Shown: positions 9,918 through 19,602, numbered from the stretch's first letter. The stretch is DNA of 64,000 bases from Candidatus Tayloriibacteriota bacterium (GCA_029288615.1 JARIGV010000003.1:1068-65067), one strand, 5' to 3'. Notes: generated from the sequence alone by a model not told the origin. Program-made: numbers and translations.

Positions 9918-10532
9918 ATGGCAACAATTATATTTGATCTCGATTACACGCTTCTTGATACTTCCAAGCTCAATAAAATTTCTCATGAACTTCTTCTTAA
10001 AAATAATATTCCGGAAGATGTTATTGATCTTGCAAATAAAAAGCATAGAGAGATTCATAAAAACCCAGCATTTCTTGAACATGTTGCTGAAATCGAGAAA
10101 CTCGGACATAAAGTCCTCAAAGAAGATATAGATCAATTTCTTTCCACTGACTTAAAAAATTATTTGAAAGGTCCTGTTGATCACGTACTCGCACTTCTCA
10201 TTGAGGAAGGACACCGACTAATCCTCCTTACAAGAGGACATGAATATTTCCAATGTTTCAAAATACGAAATTCTGGTCTGCACATATACTTTGATAAAAA
10301 TATTTATATCTGTGAAGAAAAAAAGGAAGAGATCATTGAGCAGATGCCACTTACTGAAGACGTGTATTTCATAAATGATCATGCAGACGAAATTGAAACT
10401 GTATCAAAAAAATATCCGAATTTTCATTATGTTTATATAAAAGGACCTAAGACGCCACACGACAGATTCATAGATCAGGCACACATTCCAACACTCGACG
10501 ATATCTCAACACTTCCTGATCTCATACATTAG
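9918..10532 (+). CDS. HAD-superfamily hydrolase
   Basis: Start trimmed to the ATG at 9918 (the upstream GTG-initiated extension overlaps the NUDIX gene on the opposite strand). N-terminal DxDxT motif IIFDLDYTLLD. Confidence 0.6.
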   Translation: MATIIFDLDYTLLDTSKLNKISHELLLKNNIPEDVIDLANKKHREIHKNPAFLEHVAEIEKLGHKVLKEDIDQFLSTDLKNYLKGPVDHVLALLIEEGHRLILLTRGHEYFQCFKIRNSGLHIYFDKNIYICEEKKEEIIEQMPLTEDVYFINDHADEIETVSKKYPNFHYVYIKGPKTPHDRFIDQAHIPTLDDISTLPDLIH

Positions 10533-10544
10533 AAAATAAAAATT

Positions 10545-10559
10545 CCAGCATAATGCTGG
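10545..10559. terminator. Short hairpin between convergent genes (ccagc-ataat-gctgg)
   Basis: Inverted repeat in the 30-nt gap between the HAD (+) and PfkB (-) stops. Weak. Confidence 0.25.
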
Positions 10560-10562
10560 ATG

Positions 10563-11489
10563 TTACAACTCACTAATCGAAGGACCGTTCGCTCCGCCGG
10601 GCATAGTGATCTTTTTACCTGCAACTTTCGCCGCAAGCGAGACACCTTCTTTAAGTCGTAGAAGATTGAGATCGTGGACTGTGAGTGCATTTTTCTCAAG
10701 CCACCACACAAGAGTGCCCAGGAACCAATCGCCTGCTCCGGTATTGCTTGTGCAGCTACCTTCAAAAGTAACTGCCTCGAAGCGTTCTTTTGAACCGCCG
10801 ACTGACACGACGCCGCCTTTTTCTGCTTCGGTGACAATGACCACTTTTGGACCAATGCGGTGAACTTCATTGGGTGTGAGCCCAATTTTTTGAAGTTCCA
10901 ATTCGTTGACGACGACCATGTCAGCGCCACGAATCACCTCATGCATATGTTCGGAGGATCCCAATCCCTTGTTGAAATTGAGAATTCGTCGGCCAGGCAG
11001 TATGCGCTCAAAAAGTCTGATCGCAAAAAATTCCTGTCCAGGACGAATACCAGTAGCCACTCCATATGCGTCCTTATCGAGGCTTAGCATATCAATGTCA
11101 GCCTCAGCGCCGCTCACTTTATGTGGCAGTACCTTATGCGTCTGACAGAGGATGATGGGGCTATGGCCGTTCTCATCGATCTGAATCACTGCGATATTTG
11201 TGCCGTCCAAAACGTGTAGTGGCTCGAAAGCCATATTCGCCGTCTTGAGGGCTTCGCGCAGCATAACATCGACAAGGAGTGTGTCGTGTGCAGAAACGAA
11301 TCCTACAAGAAGACCGTCACCGCCGTGCTTTCGCACAGCATGTAGCACATTCGCCGAAGATCCCGCCAAAAGCAGTTCCGAGGGTCGAGTCATGGTTTTT
11401 TTGTCACCATGCTCAAGCGAGTTGAAGTAAAAGAGCTGTTCCGGATTGACTGAGGGACCAGTGACAATCCTATAAAGTTTTTGACTCAT
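10563..11489 (-). CDS. PfkB-family carbohydrate kinase (ribokinase-like; substrate unknown)
   Basis: 308 aa with the C-terminal PfkB signature region ...SCTSNTGAGDWFLGTLVW... (GAGD anion hole). Confidence 0.7.
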   Translation of the reverse strand: MSQKLYRIVTGPSVNPEQLFYFNSLEHGDKKTMTRPSELLLAGSSANVLHAVRKHGGDGLLVGFVSAHDTLLVDVMLREALKTANMAFEPLHVLDGTNIAVIQIDENGHSPIILCQTHKVLPHKVSGAEADIDMLSLDKDAYGVATGIRPGQEFFAIRLFERILPGRRILNFNKGLGSSEHMHEVIRGADMVVVNELELQKIGLTPNEVHRIGPKVVIVTEAEKGGVVSVGGSKERFEAVTFEGSCTSNTGAGDWFLGTLVWWLEKNALTVHDLNLLRLKEGVSLAAKVAGKKITMPGGANGPSISEL

Positions 11490-11535
11490 ACTGGCGCACA
11501 GGGTACACCGAGAAGCCGTCTAAATCAACTAGAAA

Positions 11536-12432
11536 TTATTTCTCTGTCACATCATGTCCTCCGAACATCGTGCGCATCGTAGAAAGAATTTTTCCTATAA
11601 ATGTAGGATTTCCTTTTGACCCCTTTCGAAAATTAAGTGATTCTTCAATGATCGTGACGGGCACATTCATTTCTTTCGCGGTATTCACCGTCCACTCGCC
11701 TTCTCCACTCGCTGCAACTTCTCCAGAAATTCCATCGAGATTTTCTCCGAATTTTTTGAAGCCTTGATAGAGCCAATCGATAAGACGAGATTCGACAACC
11801 GAGCGTCTGTTGTAGAGTTCGGCAACTTCACCAAGAGAAAGATTAAATTCTGATTTTTTGAGCACCTCAAATCCTTCAGCAATCGCCTGCATCATTCCAT
11901 ACTCAATGCCATTGTGTACCATTTTTGCAAAATGTCCTGCGCCATTGTCTCCCAAAATTCTCCATGCACCAGGAGCAGAAAGATCATCATAAAGATGAAC
12001 ATATTTCATTGCTACATTTTTCTTTCCACCAATCATGAGACATGCACCATTGCGGCTTCCTCCAGGACCTCCCGACACACCGATATCCAGGAAATTAATT
12101 TCTTTTGCTTCGAGTTCTTTTGCTCGGCGGAGCGCATCTTTATAAAAACAATTTCCACCATCAATAACTGTATCTCCAGGCGTTAGTAGCGGCACAATTT
12201 CATTTAAAACTTCATCCACTCCTTGATGACTCACCATAATCCATACCGTGCGAGGAACAGGAAGTGCATCAATAAGCTCTTTTACAGTATCAACCACTTG
12301 CACACCCGCACTTCGTCCCTTGTTTCGGCCTTCTTCACTTCTATTCCAACCAACAACATCATGACCCTTCTCTTTCATACGAAGAATCATATTAAGTCCC
12401 ATTTTTCCAAAACCGATATATCCTATTTTCAT
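11536..12432 (-). CDS. gnd: 6-phosphogluconate dehydrogenase (decarboxylating), short YqeC/Gnd-like form
   Basis: N-terminal Rossmann motif MKIGYIGFGKMGLNM, 298 aa, Gnd-like C-terminal region. Immediately downstream of zwf. Confidence 0.7.
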   Translation of the reverse strand: MKIGYIGFGKMGLNMILRMKEKGHDVVGWNRSEEGRNKGRSAGVQVVDTVKELIDALPVPRTVWIMVSHQGVDEVLNEIVPLLTPGDTVIDGGNCFYKDALRRAKELEAKEINFLDIGVSGGPGGSRNGACLMIGGKKNVAMKYVHLYDDLSAPGAWRILGDNGAGHFAKMVHNGIEYGMMQAIAEGFEVLKKSEFNLSLGEVAELYNRRSVVESRLIDWLYQGFKKFGENLDGISGEVAASGEGEWTVNTAKEMNVPVTIIEESLNFRKGSKGNPTFIGKILSTMRTMFGGHDVTEK

Positions 12433-12443
12433 ATCCTTTATAA

Positions 12444-13853
12444 TTAATCTTCTTTTATTTCATGAGCATCAGATCCTTTTGGATACACCAAAAGTGGCAC
12501 ATCCTCTAAAACCTTCTCAATGTCAGACGCAATTCGCCATTGTTCTTTAATCTCATCCGTTGAAACAAAGAGAGTTTGATCACCAGAGATTGCATCACGA
12601 AGAAGTTTTACATATGGATAGACAAAAGGTGTTGCATGTGAACTTTTATAATCGAATGAAAGTTTTTTCTTCTCGAGTTCATACTGAAATGCAGATTTTT
12701 TTGCATAAAATTCAATTGAAATTCCTTCTTTTGGTTGTATATGAAAAGTCAGTTTGTTTGTTGCTGGTACAAACATCGATTCATCAGATTCGTCGCTTGC
12801 CTTAAATGTAATTGAAATTTCTGCAAGAGTATCTTTAAGTGCTTTACCGTGCTCAATAAAAATCGGCACTCCTTTCCATCTTTCATTTTTGATCTCGAGT
12901 TCAGCTCTAAAATATGTTTCTGTGTCCGATCCTTCTTCAATACCTGGTTCATCCTGATATCCATCATATTGTGCGTGCGCAAAATTTTTAATGTCCTCTT
13001 TTACCTTAATTGACGAAAGAAGGGCCGTTCGCGCTTCTCGAATATCTTCCGCAGAAAATGAAAGTGGATTCTCCATCGTAGCGATCGCAAGCATTTGGAG
13101 AAGATGATTTTGTCCAACATCGCGAAGTGCGCCGAGCGCGTCATAGAGTTTTGCCCTTTCTGCAAGAGAGCCTTTTTCACTTGTCTCGTGCATTCGTACG
13201 CAAATTTCTGAAACATGTCGCTTAGACCAGAGTGGCTCAAAAAGTGCATTGCCAAAACGAAACGCAAGAATGTTCTGCAAGATTTCTTTTCCAAGATAGT
13301 GATCGATACGAAAAATCTGATCTTCTTCAAAAAGTTTTCCTAAGAGTTCATCAAGCATTTCAGCATGTTCTGCATCTTTTCCAAAAGGCTTCTCAACGAG
13401 CACACGCACCCAACTTAAAGTTTTGTCACCAAATTCTGGAGCACAAGGAATTGTAAGCCCGGAAGCAGAGAGATTACGGAACACTTTTTCATAAAGATCT
13501 GGAATGACTGCGAGATAGAAAAGCTTTCGTGTGCAAAGTCCCAGCATATCATCGCGCATTGTAAATTCATTCTTAAGCATGTCGTACGTTGCCTTGTCAT
13601 CAATGTCTCCCGATCGAAAGAAAAGATTTTCAACAAATTCTTTCGCAAGTTTTTTATCCTCTGTTTCAATTGAAGATAAAACTTGAGCTCGGAAATCTTC
13701 GTCAGCAATCGAGCGTCGTGACACTCCAAAAAGTGAAAAACCAGGAGCAAGAAATCCATCTTTATAAAGATCAAAAAAAGCCTGAGCAAGCTTTTTCTTA
13801 AAGAGATCTCCTGAAGCTCCAAAGATTACGATTGTAAGCGGATGATTATCCAT
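12444..13853 (-). CDS. zwf: Glucose-6-phosphate 1-dehydrogenase
   Basis: IVIFGASGDL NADP-binding motif and the G6PD active-site signature RIDHYLGKE; 469 aa. Confidence 0.85.
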   Translation of the reverse strand: MDNHPLTIVIFGASGDLFKKKLAQAFFDLYKDGFLAPGFSLFGVSRRSIADEDFRAQVLSSIETEDKKLAKEFVENLFFRSGDIDDKATYDMLKNEFTMRDDMLGLCTRKLFYLAVIPDLYEKVFRNLSASGLTIPCAPEFGDKTLSWVRVLVEKPFGKDAEHAEMLDELLGKLFEEDQIFRIDHYLGKEILQNILAFRFGNALFEPLWSKRHVSEICVRMHETSEKGSLAERAKLYDALGALRDVGQNHLLQMLAIATMENPLSFSAEDIREARTALLSSIKVKEDIKNFAHAQYDGYQDEPGIEEGSDTETYFRAELEIKNERWKGVPIFIEHGKALKDTLAEISITFKASDESDESMFVPATNKLTFHIQPKEGISIEFYAKKSAFQYELEKKKLSFDYKSSHATPFVYPYVKLLRDAISGDQTLFVSTDEIKEQWRIASDIEKVLEDVPLLVYPKGSDAHEIKED

Positions 13854-13856
13854 GAA

Positions 13857-14219
13857 TTAAAAATAGTGTGGATTATCGTAACGTATATTATGCGATGCGC
13901 TTGCTCGTCCTTGTTTTGAAATGATTTCACCTTCGAGATGATGCTTGTCATTTTGGAGACGATGAAGTTCGTTTTGTTTAAGGGTTCGAGTTGAAACATT
14001 TTTCTCACGAGCAATCTCCATAGTAAGCTGCTGAATTCTTCCTTCGAGTGTTTGTTTTTGGAGTCTCATTTGTGAAATCTCACGATTCATTCTGTCAGCT
14101 TCCTGCGCCGCTCGACGTGCTTCCTGCTCTTTTGCTTCACGCATAATACGCTCACGCTGTTCGTTATATGTATTTCCCGCCTGCTTATTCAAATTATTTC
14201 CTAAATCTCCAAGTGACAT
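13857..14219 (-). CDS. Hypothetical coiled-coil protein
   Basis: 120 aa, highly charged heptad-like sequence (EQRERIMREAKEQEARRAAQEADRMNREISQMRLQKQ...). Confidence 0.4.
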   Translation of the reverse strand: MSLGDLGNNLNKQAGNTYNEQRERIMREAKEQEARRAAQEADRMNREISQMRLQKQTLEGRIQQLTMEIAREKNVSTRTLKQNELHRLQNDKHHLEGEIISKQGRASASHNIRYDNPHYF

Positions 14220-14222
14220 AGT

Positions 14223-14501
14223 TTATTTTTTATTCCCCCATCGCCATTCAAGCTTTTCTCCTTTGAGATAGCAGAGAACAATGAGAAGCGCTGTTAATGA
14301 AAAGACTTGTGTAAAAATATACGGAATGACAATAGACGCATTTGATTTATCCGGTTCGACAGAATAGATCTGTGTAATCATTGCAGCAACATACAGAAGG
14401 AGTGAAAGCCAACCTTGCCACGTAACTGGATACCAGCCCAATCCATAACGCTTTGAACGAAACCATAACTTGTTGTGTGTCTGATCTTCTTGCATATCCA
14501 C
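14223..14501 (-). CDS. Hypothetical small membrane protein (2 TM)
   Basis: 92 aa with two hydrophobic helices. Confidence 0.4.
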   Translation of the reverse strand: MDMQEDQTHNKLWFRSKRYGLGWYPVTWQGWLSLLLYVAAMITQIYSVEPDKSNASIVIPYIFTQVFSLTALLIVLCYLKGEKLEWRWGNKK

Positions 14502-14522
14502 ATTATATAACAGACAAAAGAA

Positions 14523-14927
14523 ATGATAGAATCAGTGCAGATGCCTATTCCCACTGTTGTTCTACCCCAAGACAAACAAACGAAACGTCCTCAGGATAAA
14601 CAGCCCATTCTGACGTTTCATATCGTTCACCCTACTGTTGAGGGTTTCTTCCCAAGACTGGATCCACGATTTGACGCAATAATTACATGTCCATTCCAAA
14701 GCGACTTCGTCGCCGCATCTCTTCTCCCAGCTCTTAGCCGCTGGGACATAAAAGTGCTCTTGTATTGCACGCCAGAGACAGCTCACCAATTCTTCGACCT
14801 TGTGTCGAGAAGGCTCGATTTTGGCAACAGCGAACAACTGCACAAAGTTCTTGCAAAAGGAGCACGCGAGATACGTCTCTGGTCCGACACGGATCACACG
14901 ACCGCCTTCTCCGTTCTCTGGAACTAA
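14523..14927 (+). CDS. Hypothetical protein (strand assignment uncertain; locally higher GC)
   Basis: 134-aa ORF. An almost co-extensive 111-aa ORF exists on the minus strand (14562..14897). Neither has recognisable motifs. Confidence 0.25.
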   Translation: MIESVQMPIPTVVLPQDKQTKRPQDKQPILTFHIVHPTVEGFFPRLDPRFDAIITCPFQSDFVAASLLPALSRWDIKVLLYCTPETAHQFFDLVSRRLDFGNSEQLHKVLAKGAREIRLWSDTDHTTAFSVLWN

Positions 14928-14947
14928 GCCGCACTGCGCGGCAATTT

Positions 14948-15409
14948 TTATTTCTGCTTCGAAAGCTCCACGATTCTTTTGAAATGTTTTTCAGACACAG
15001 GCTGAATTGAAAGCCTACTTCCCTTTGCTGCAACAACAATTCCAGAAAGATTTTTGTCTTTTTTTATTTCTTCAAGCGACACGATGCGCGGAAATTTTTC
15101 TACAAATGAAAAATCGACGCATTGCCATGTAGGATTTTCTATTTTTGATTTCGGATCAAAGTATTCACTTTTCTTATCAAATTGAGAGAGATCTGGATGT
15201 GGCTTTGACGATACTTTGGCAATACCAGCAACACCGGTCGGATTTCCCATCGAATGATAGAAGAATGCGAGATCACCAACACTCATATCGCGTACCATAT
15301 AATTTCTCGCCTGATAGTTTCTAATTTCCTCCCACGACACTTTTTTATCTTTTTTGAAATCGTCTATCGAATAGCACCCTTCTTCAGATTTTATGAGCCA
15401 GTATTTCAT
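14948..15409 (-). CDS. EVE (PUA-like) domain protein
   Basis: MKYWLIKSEEG...VGDLAFFYHS...GIAKVSS matches the EVE-domain pattern; 153 aa. Confidence 0.7.
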   Translation of the reverse strand: MKYWLIKSEEGCYSIDDFKKDKKVSWEEIRNYQARNYMVRDMSVGDLAFFYHSMGNPTGVAGIAKVSSKPHPDLSQFDKKSEYFDPKSKIENPTWQCVDFSFVEKFPRIVSLEEIKKDKNLSGIVVAAKGSRLSIQPVSEKHFKRIVELSKQK

Positions 15410-15411
15410 GT

Positions 15412-16302
15412 TTATGAATGGTATGAAAAGAATGAAAGTAAAACAAGTCCAACAAGTGTAATGCAGATGCCCACTTTTTCACGACGACTGACATAATCAC
15501 CGAATGTAAACGACGACAAGATCACAAAAAGTATTGGATAAGATCCACCGATTCCACCCGAGATTTCGGTAAATCCTTTGGAAATAGCAAAGTTAAATGC
15601 AAAGTCGCCTGCACGAAGTAGTAGAGCACACATTACGATTGTAAAAAATAATTTTATCGATGAGTAGTGTGTACCTAACGACTTGGATTCATTTGTTTTC
15701 AGATAAAGAATAAAACCAGTTATGATCGCAAGAATGATTGTTAAAAAATGTGGAAGAAACCAACCAACCTTATCTATAACAATTCTCGTAAAACAAAAAT
15801 AAATCCCCCATGTAATCATAGATATAAATGCAAAACCAATGCCTCTATCTTTAAAGATTTCATTGAAATTTTTTATTTCTCCAAAGCCACAAACAAATAT
15901 TCCGATAAAAATAAGGATAAGTGAAAATAATTCCACACTTGTTACTGAATCATGAAAAAATAAAATCGAGAGAATAATACTTATAGCAGTAAATGACGCC
16001 GCAATTGTTCCAACAAGCGGTGCACTTGATTTTCGAAGTCCGATATTAAGAGAAATATTTCCAGCAATTGCAAAAAGTCCAATAAAAATATTGAAAAGAA
16101 AAAGACCCGATGTATAACTCGAAAAATCGTGCGGTACCAAAGGAAGAACGATGAGCGAAACAACAAAACTTGTTATAGAAACCAGAAGCGATGTTGCAAT
16201 ACCGCCAATCTTTCTTGCTGAATATGTACCAAAAATATCTCCACTTCCCCATCCAACAAATGAAATGAATCCAAGTATGACGCTTAGAAAATAAGTGCTC
16301 AT
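15412..16302 (-). CDS. EamA/DMT-family transporter (10 TM, duplicated 5-TM halves)
   Basis: 296 aa, two repeated hydrophobic halves typical of the drug/metabolite transporter superfamily. Confidence 0.65.
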   Translation of the reverse strand: MSTYFLSVILGFISFVGWGSGDIFGTYSARKIGGIATSLLVSITSFVVSLIVLPLVPHDFSSYTSGLFLFNIFIGLFAIAGNISLNIGLRKSSAPLVGTIAASFTAISIILSILFFHDSVTSVELFSLILIFIGIFVCGFGEIKNFNEIFKDRGIGFAFISMITWGIYFCFTRIVIDKVGWFLPHFLTIILAIITGFILYLKTNESKSLGTHYSSIKLFFTIVMCALLLRAGDFAFNFAISKGFTEISGGIGGSYPILFVILSSFTFGDYVSRREKVGICITLVGLVLLSFFSYHS

Positions 16303-17043
16303 TTATGGATGTAATAATTTTTTCACCTCGTCCTGCATTTTAAAGAATACATCGGAGCGCATATCTCTTGTTCGTGGCAATGTGTTTTCAATAATCCCTT
16401 TTACATGGCCTGGCCTATCAGAGAAAACAACAATGCGGTCAGCAAGCTCGATTGCCTCATCGACATTGTGACTTACCATCACCACCGTCGCGTTATGTTC
16501 TTTCCAAAGACGAAGAAGTTCTTTGCGAAGTTCTTCTGCTGTGAAAATATCAAGTTCTGAAAACGGCTCGTCGAGGAAAATAATTTTAGGCGATGTTACG
16601 AATGCTCGCGCGAGACCAACACGCTGTTTCATTCCTCCTGAAAGTTCATGGGGACTTGAATGATAAAACCTGTCGAGGCCAAATTCTTTAAGTTCTTCTT
16701 GTACAAGTGCTCGCCTTTTTTCTTTAGGAACTTTTTTTCCAATGAGATTCAATTCCACATTTTCTCCGACGGTAAGCCATGGGAGCACGGCAGACTGCTG
16801 AAATACAAAGCTCACCTCTTCTTTCAAAGACTCATCAGAAAAAGAAATTTTTCCGGAAGTCTCTGTATCGAGTCCGCTCATAAGACGCAGAAGTGTCGAC
16901 TTACCGCATCCTGAAGGACCAAGAAGTACCAGGAATTCTCCTTCGCGCACATGAAGTGACACATCGCGAAGTGATTCAAGATCCCTATGTCCCGGATCTT
17001 TAAAAGATTTATGTACATGTTCAACTGTAATAAGACTTTTCAT
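16303..17043 (-). CDS. ABC transporter ATP-binding protein (NitT/TauT-type)
   Basis: Walker A LLGPSGCGKSTLLR, signature LSGGMKQRVGLARAF, Walker B IIFLDEPFSELD. Confidence 0.85.
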   Translation of the reverse strand: MKSLITVEHVHKSFKDPGHRDLESLRDVSLHVREGEFLVLLGPSGCGKSTLLRLMSGLDTETSGKISFSDESLKEEVSFVFQQSAVLPWLTVGENVELNLIGKKVPKEKRRALVQEELKEFGLDRFYHSSPHELSGGMKQRVGLARAFVTSPKIIFLDEPFSELDIFTAEELRKELLRLWKEHNATVVMVSHNVDEAIELADRIVVFSDRPGHVKGIIENTLPRTRDMRSDVFFKMQDEVKKLLHP

Positions 17044-17045
17044 AC

Positions 17046-17783
17046 TTATTCTTCCATTTTTTCATGGCTCCATGCGAGAAGTGGCAGCCAAATACTTTTA
17101 TTAATTGTGAAAATTATCGCAAGAAGTGCCAAGATTCCAAGAAGTGTTGCTTGAGGATTCGTTGAAAACATATTGAAAAAGGTGCCGAGTCCGTATTTCA
17201 CATGAATGATAATTTCGGTTGCCACAAGCGATTCCCACGCATCACCAAGACCAATAATTGTTCCTGTAATGAGTCCTGGCAAACTTACAGGAATAAGAAA
17301 AAGCCTAAGGTAATCAATACCTTTAATACGCGAAATCTGCATTGCCTCATTCCAGTCTCTTCGAATAAGCCTCATCGAGCTCACAATTGAGAAAAATATT
17401 GGCCAGATGATTTCAAGAACAAGAAAAAAGACAACAACGAGTCCACCTGAGCCAAGATACATCACAGCAATAGGAAGTGCGGCAGACGTAGGAAAACTCT
17501 GCAGGAGATCGAAAATCGGAAGCGCCACATCTCCTCGTCTTCCTTTATAGAAAAAGACTGCGCAAAGCCATCCTATGATCATCGCCATAATGCATGCAGA
17601 AAATATTCGAAAAAGTGAAAAACCTAGGTTTTCAAAAAGAGAAGGAAGACCGATCTGTGCGACATATGAAAATAAGAGAAGAAAAACCAGAGGTAAAAAA
17701 ATCATTCCGGAAATTGCCAGGAGATGCCCTTTTGTTCGTTTGATGGCAAACGGATGATACATTCGAGGACGTGCTGTTTTCAT
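17046..17783 (-). CDS. ABC transporter permease (binding-protein-dependent inner-membrane component, NitT/TauT-type)
   Basis: 245 aa, 6 TM, EAA-like loop region (...DAWESLVATEII...). Directly upstream of the ATPase. Confidence 0.7.
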   Translation of the reverse strand: MKTARPRMYHPFAIKRTKGHLLAISGMIFLPLVFLLLFSYVAQIGLPSLFENLGFSLFRIFSACIMAMIIGWLCAVFFYKGRRGDVALPIFDLLQSFPTSAALPIAVMYLGSGGLVVVFFLVLEIIWPIFFSIVSSMRLIRRDWNEAMQISRIKGIDYLRLFLIPVSLPGLITGTIIGLGDAWESLVATEIIIHVKYGLGTFFNMFSTNPQATLLGILALLAIIFTINKSIWLPLLAWSHEKMEE

Positions 17784-17829
17784 GCGTAAATTTTAGCACA
17801 GAAAAATCATAGAAATATATTGCTTTAAT

Positions 17830-19524
17830 TTGTATAATTCACATATGCAAAATTCAACAACAGATACACACATACTTCCCCCACTCGATTCCCTTAAAAA
17901 AATATTTAAAGGCGATCTTGATCAAAGTAACGACACACTGACTTCACACTCTCGCGATGCAAGCCTTTTTGAAATAAAACCAGCTCTCGTTGCCTATCCA
18001 AAAGATTCTGAAGACGTGAAAGCAATTGTGCGATTTGTCTCTGAAAATAAAAAAGAATTCCCTTCCCTTTCTATTACAGCGCGTTCAGCCGGCACAGATA
18101 TGTCTGGAGGTCCTCTCAATAATTCAATTATTCTCGACATGAATCGCTACATGACAGGGATTAAGAAAGTAGAGAAGGAGCAATGTGTAGTGGAGCCTGG
18201 CTGCTTCTATCGTGATCTTGATAAAGAAACAAAGAAAGTCGGAAGCTTTATGCCAGCTTTCACAGCCTCTCGTGAGATATGCACCGTCGGTGGAATGGTT
18301 GCAAATAACAGCGGTGGCGAGAAAGCCATTAAATACGGTAAAACGGAAAACTATATCAATTCTTTAAAAATTGTTTTAGAGGATGGCAATGAATATGAAG
18401 TAAAACCTCTTTCAAAAACTGAACTTGAGGCAAAGATTTCAGCAGGCGGATTTGAAGGAAATCTCTATAAAAATATTTTTGATCTCATTAATGAAAATTA
18501 TGAGATTATCATGTCTGCAAAACCTGATGTATCAAAAAATTCTGCCGGCTATTATCTTTGGAATGTCTATGATAAAACCACGGGCACATTCGATATCTGT
18601 CGTCTTATCTGTGGATCACAAGGAACATTTGGCATTATCACTGAAATAAATTTCAAACTTGTTCCTCTCGCAAAATATTCAAACATTCTTGTCGTATTTC
18701 TTCCCTCTCTCGATCGTGTGAGCGATCTTGTTACAAAAATTGTACCTTACAAGCCTGACAGCCTCGAAACATACGACGACTACAGCATGATCCTCGCCGT
18801 AAAATTCTTCTTTGATTTCTTCAAGCGCCTTGGTTTCTGGGGTGCAATACGACTCGGCTTTCAGTTTATTCCTGAATCTTTCATGATCCTTACAGGCGGC
18901 GTACCGAAACTTATTCTCATGATCGAATTTACTGGAGAAACTGAAGCCGAAGTGAAAAAGAAACTTGAGGAAGTACGCGACCATATCACAGATTTCCATT
19001 TCAAAATGCATATCGCAAAAAATAGTGCTGAGGCTGAAAAATATTGGGATATTCGCCACGAAAGCTTTAACCTTCTTCGCAATCATGTTCATGGACAACG
19101 CACAGCACCATTTATTGATGACATTGTCGTAAAGCCTGAAGTATTGCCAGAGTTCTTGCCAAAAGTACGTGAAGCAATTGATGCATACAAACTCAAATAC
19201 ACTGTCCAAGGACACCTTGGTAATGGAAACTTCCACATCATTCCGCTTATGGATCTCGACTCGCCTTTCTCAGGGAACACTATTCTCGAGCTTTCGAAAA
19301 AAGTATATGACCTCGTACATGAATTCAAAGGCTCTATCACAGCCGAACACAATGACGGTATTATTCGTACCCCATATCTTCTCCAAATGTACGGTGAAAA
19401 GATTGTGGAGCTTTTTGGAAAGACAAAGAAAATATTCGATCCAGAGAACATTTTCAATCCCGGCAAAAAAGTTGGTGGCACTTTTGAAGATATCACCAAA
19501 AACCTCATCAAAAAGAATAATTAA
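17830..19524 (+). CDS. FAD-binding oxidoreductase (FAD-linked oxidase, GlcD/D-lactate dehydrogenase-like)
   Basis: PCMH-type FAD-binding domain region ...ITARSAGTDMSGGPLNNSIILDM... and a C-terminal FAD-oxidase domain; 564 aa. The track start is TTG at 17830; an alternative ATG lies at 17845. Confidence 0.75.
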   Translation: MYNSHMQNSTTDTHILPPLDSLKKIFKGDLDQSNDTLTSHSRDASLFEIKPALVAYPKDSEDVKAIVRFVSENKKEFPSLSITARSAGTDMSGGPLNNSIILDMNRYMTGIKKVEKEQCVVEPGCFYRDLDKETKKVGSFMPAFTASREICTVGGMVANNSGGEKAIKYGKTENYINSLKIVLEDGNEYEVKPLSKTELEAKISAGGFEGNLYKNIFDLINENYEIIMSAKPDVSKNSAGYYLWNVYDKTTGTFDICRLICGSQGTFGIITEINFKLVPLAKYSNILVVFLPSLDRVSDLVTKIVPYKPDSLETYDDYSMILAVKFFFDFFKRLGFWGAIRLGFQFIPESFMILTGGVPKLILMIEFTGETEAEVKKKLEEVRDHITDFHFKMHIAKNSAEAEKYWDIRHESFNLLRNHVHGQRTAPFIDDIVVKPEVLPEFLPKVREAIDAYKLKYTVQGHLGNGNFHIIPLMDLDSPFSGNTILELSKKVYDLVHEFKGSITAEHNDGIIRTPYLLQMYGEKIVELFGKTKKIFDPENIFNPGKKVGGTFEDITKNLIKKNN

Positions 19525-19562
19525 GATTTTGACCACTCTTTCGTCTTGGGATAATGTCAGTT

Positions 19563-19591
19563 TTGACATTATTGCCCGTCTTTGATAAAAT
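19563..19591 (+). promoter_or_regulatory. Putative sigma70-like promoter of the marR-efflux operon (ttgaca - 17 nt - taaaat)
   Basis: TTGACA 19563-19568, TAAAAT 19586-19591. Sequence pattern only. Confidence 0.35.
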
Positions 19592-19602
19592 ACTTAGCAA
19601 AG

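Noticed and set aside
14502-14947. Hypothesis that the GC-rich segment encodes RNase P RNA, tmRNA or SRP RNA
   Set aside because: Conserved cores (GGAAAGUCCGG/ACAGAA for RNase P; tmRNA tag-reading frame and 3' tRNA-like end; SRP domain IV GGAA motif) were not found.
17831-17838. Extended -10-like tgtataat overlapping the TTG start of the FAD oxidase gene, considered as a promoter
   Set aside because: It overlaps the annotated start codon. It would only be meaningful if translation actually starts at the ATG at 17845 (leaderless), which cannot be decided from sequence alone.
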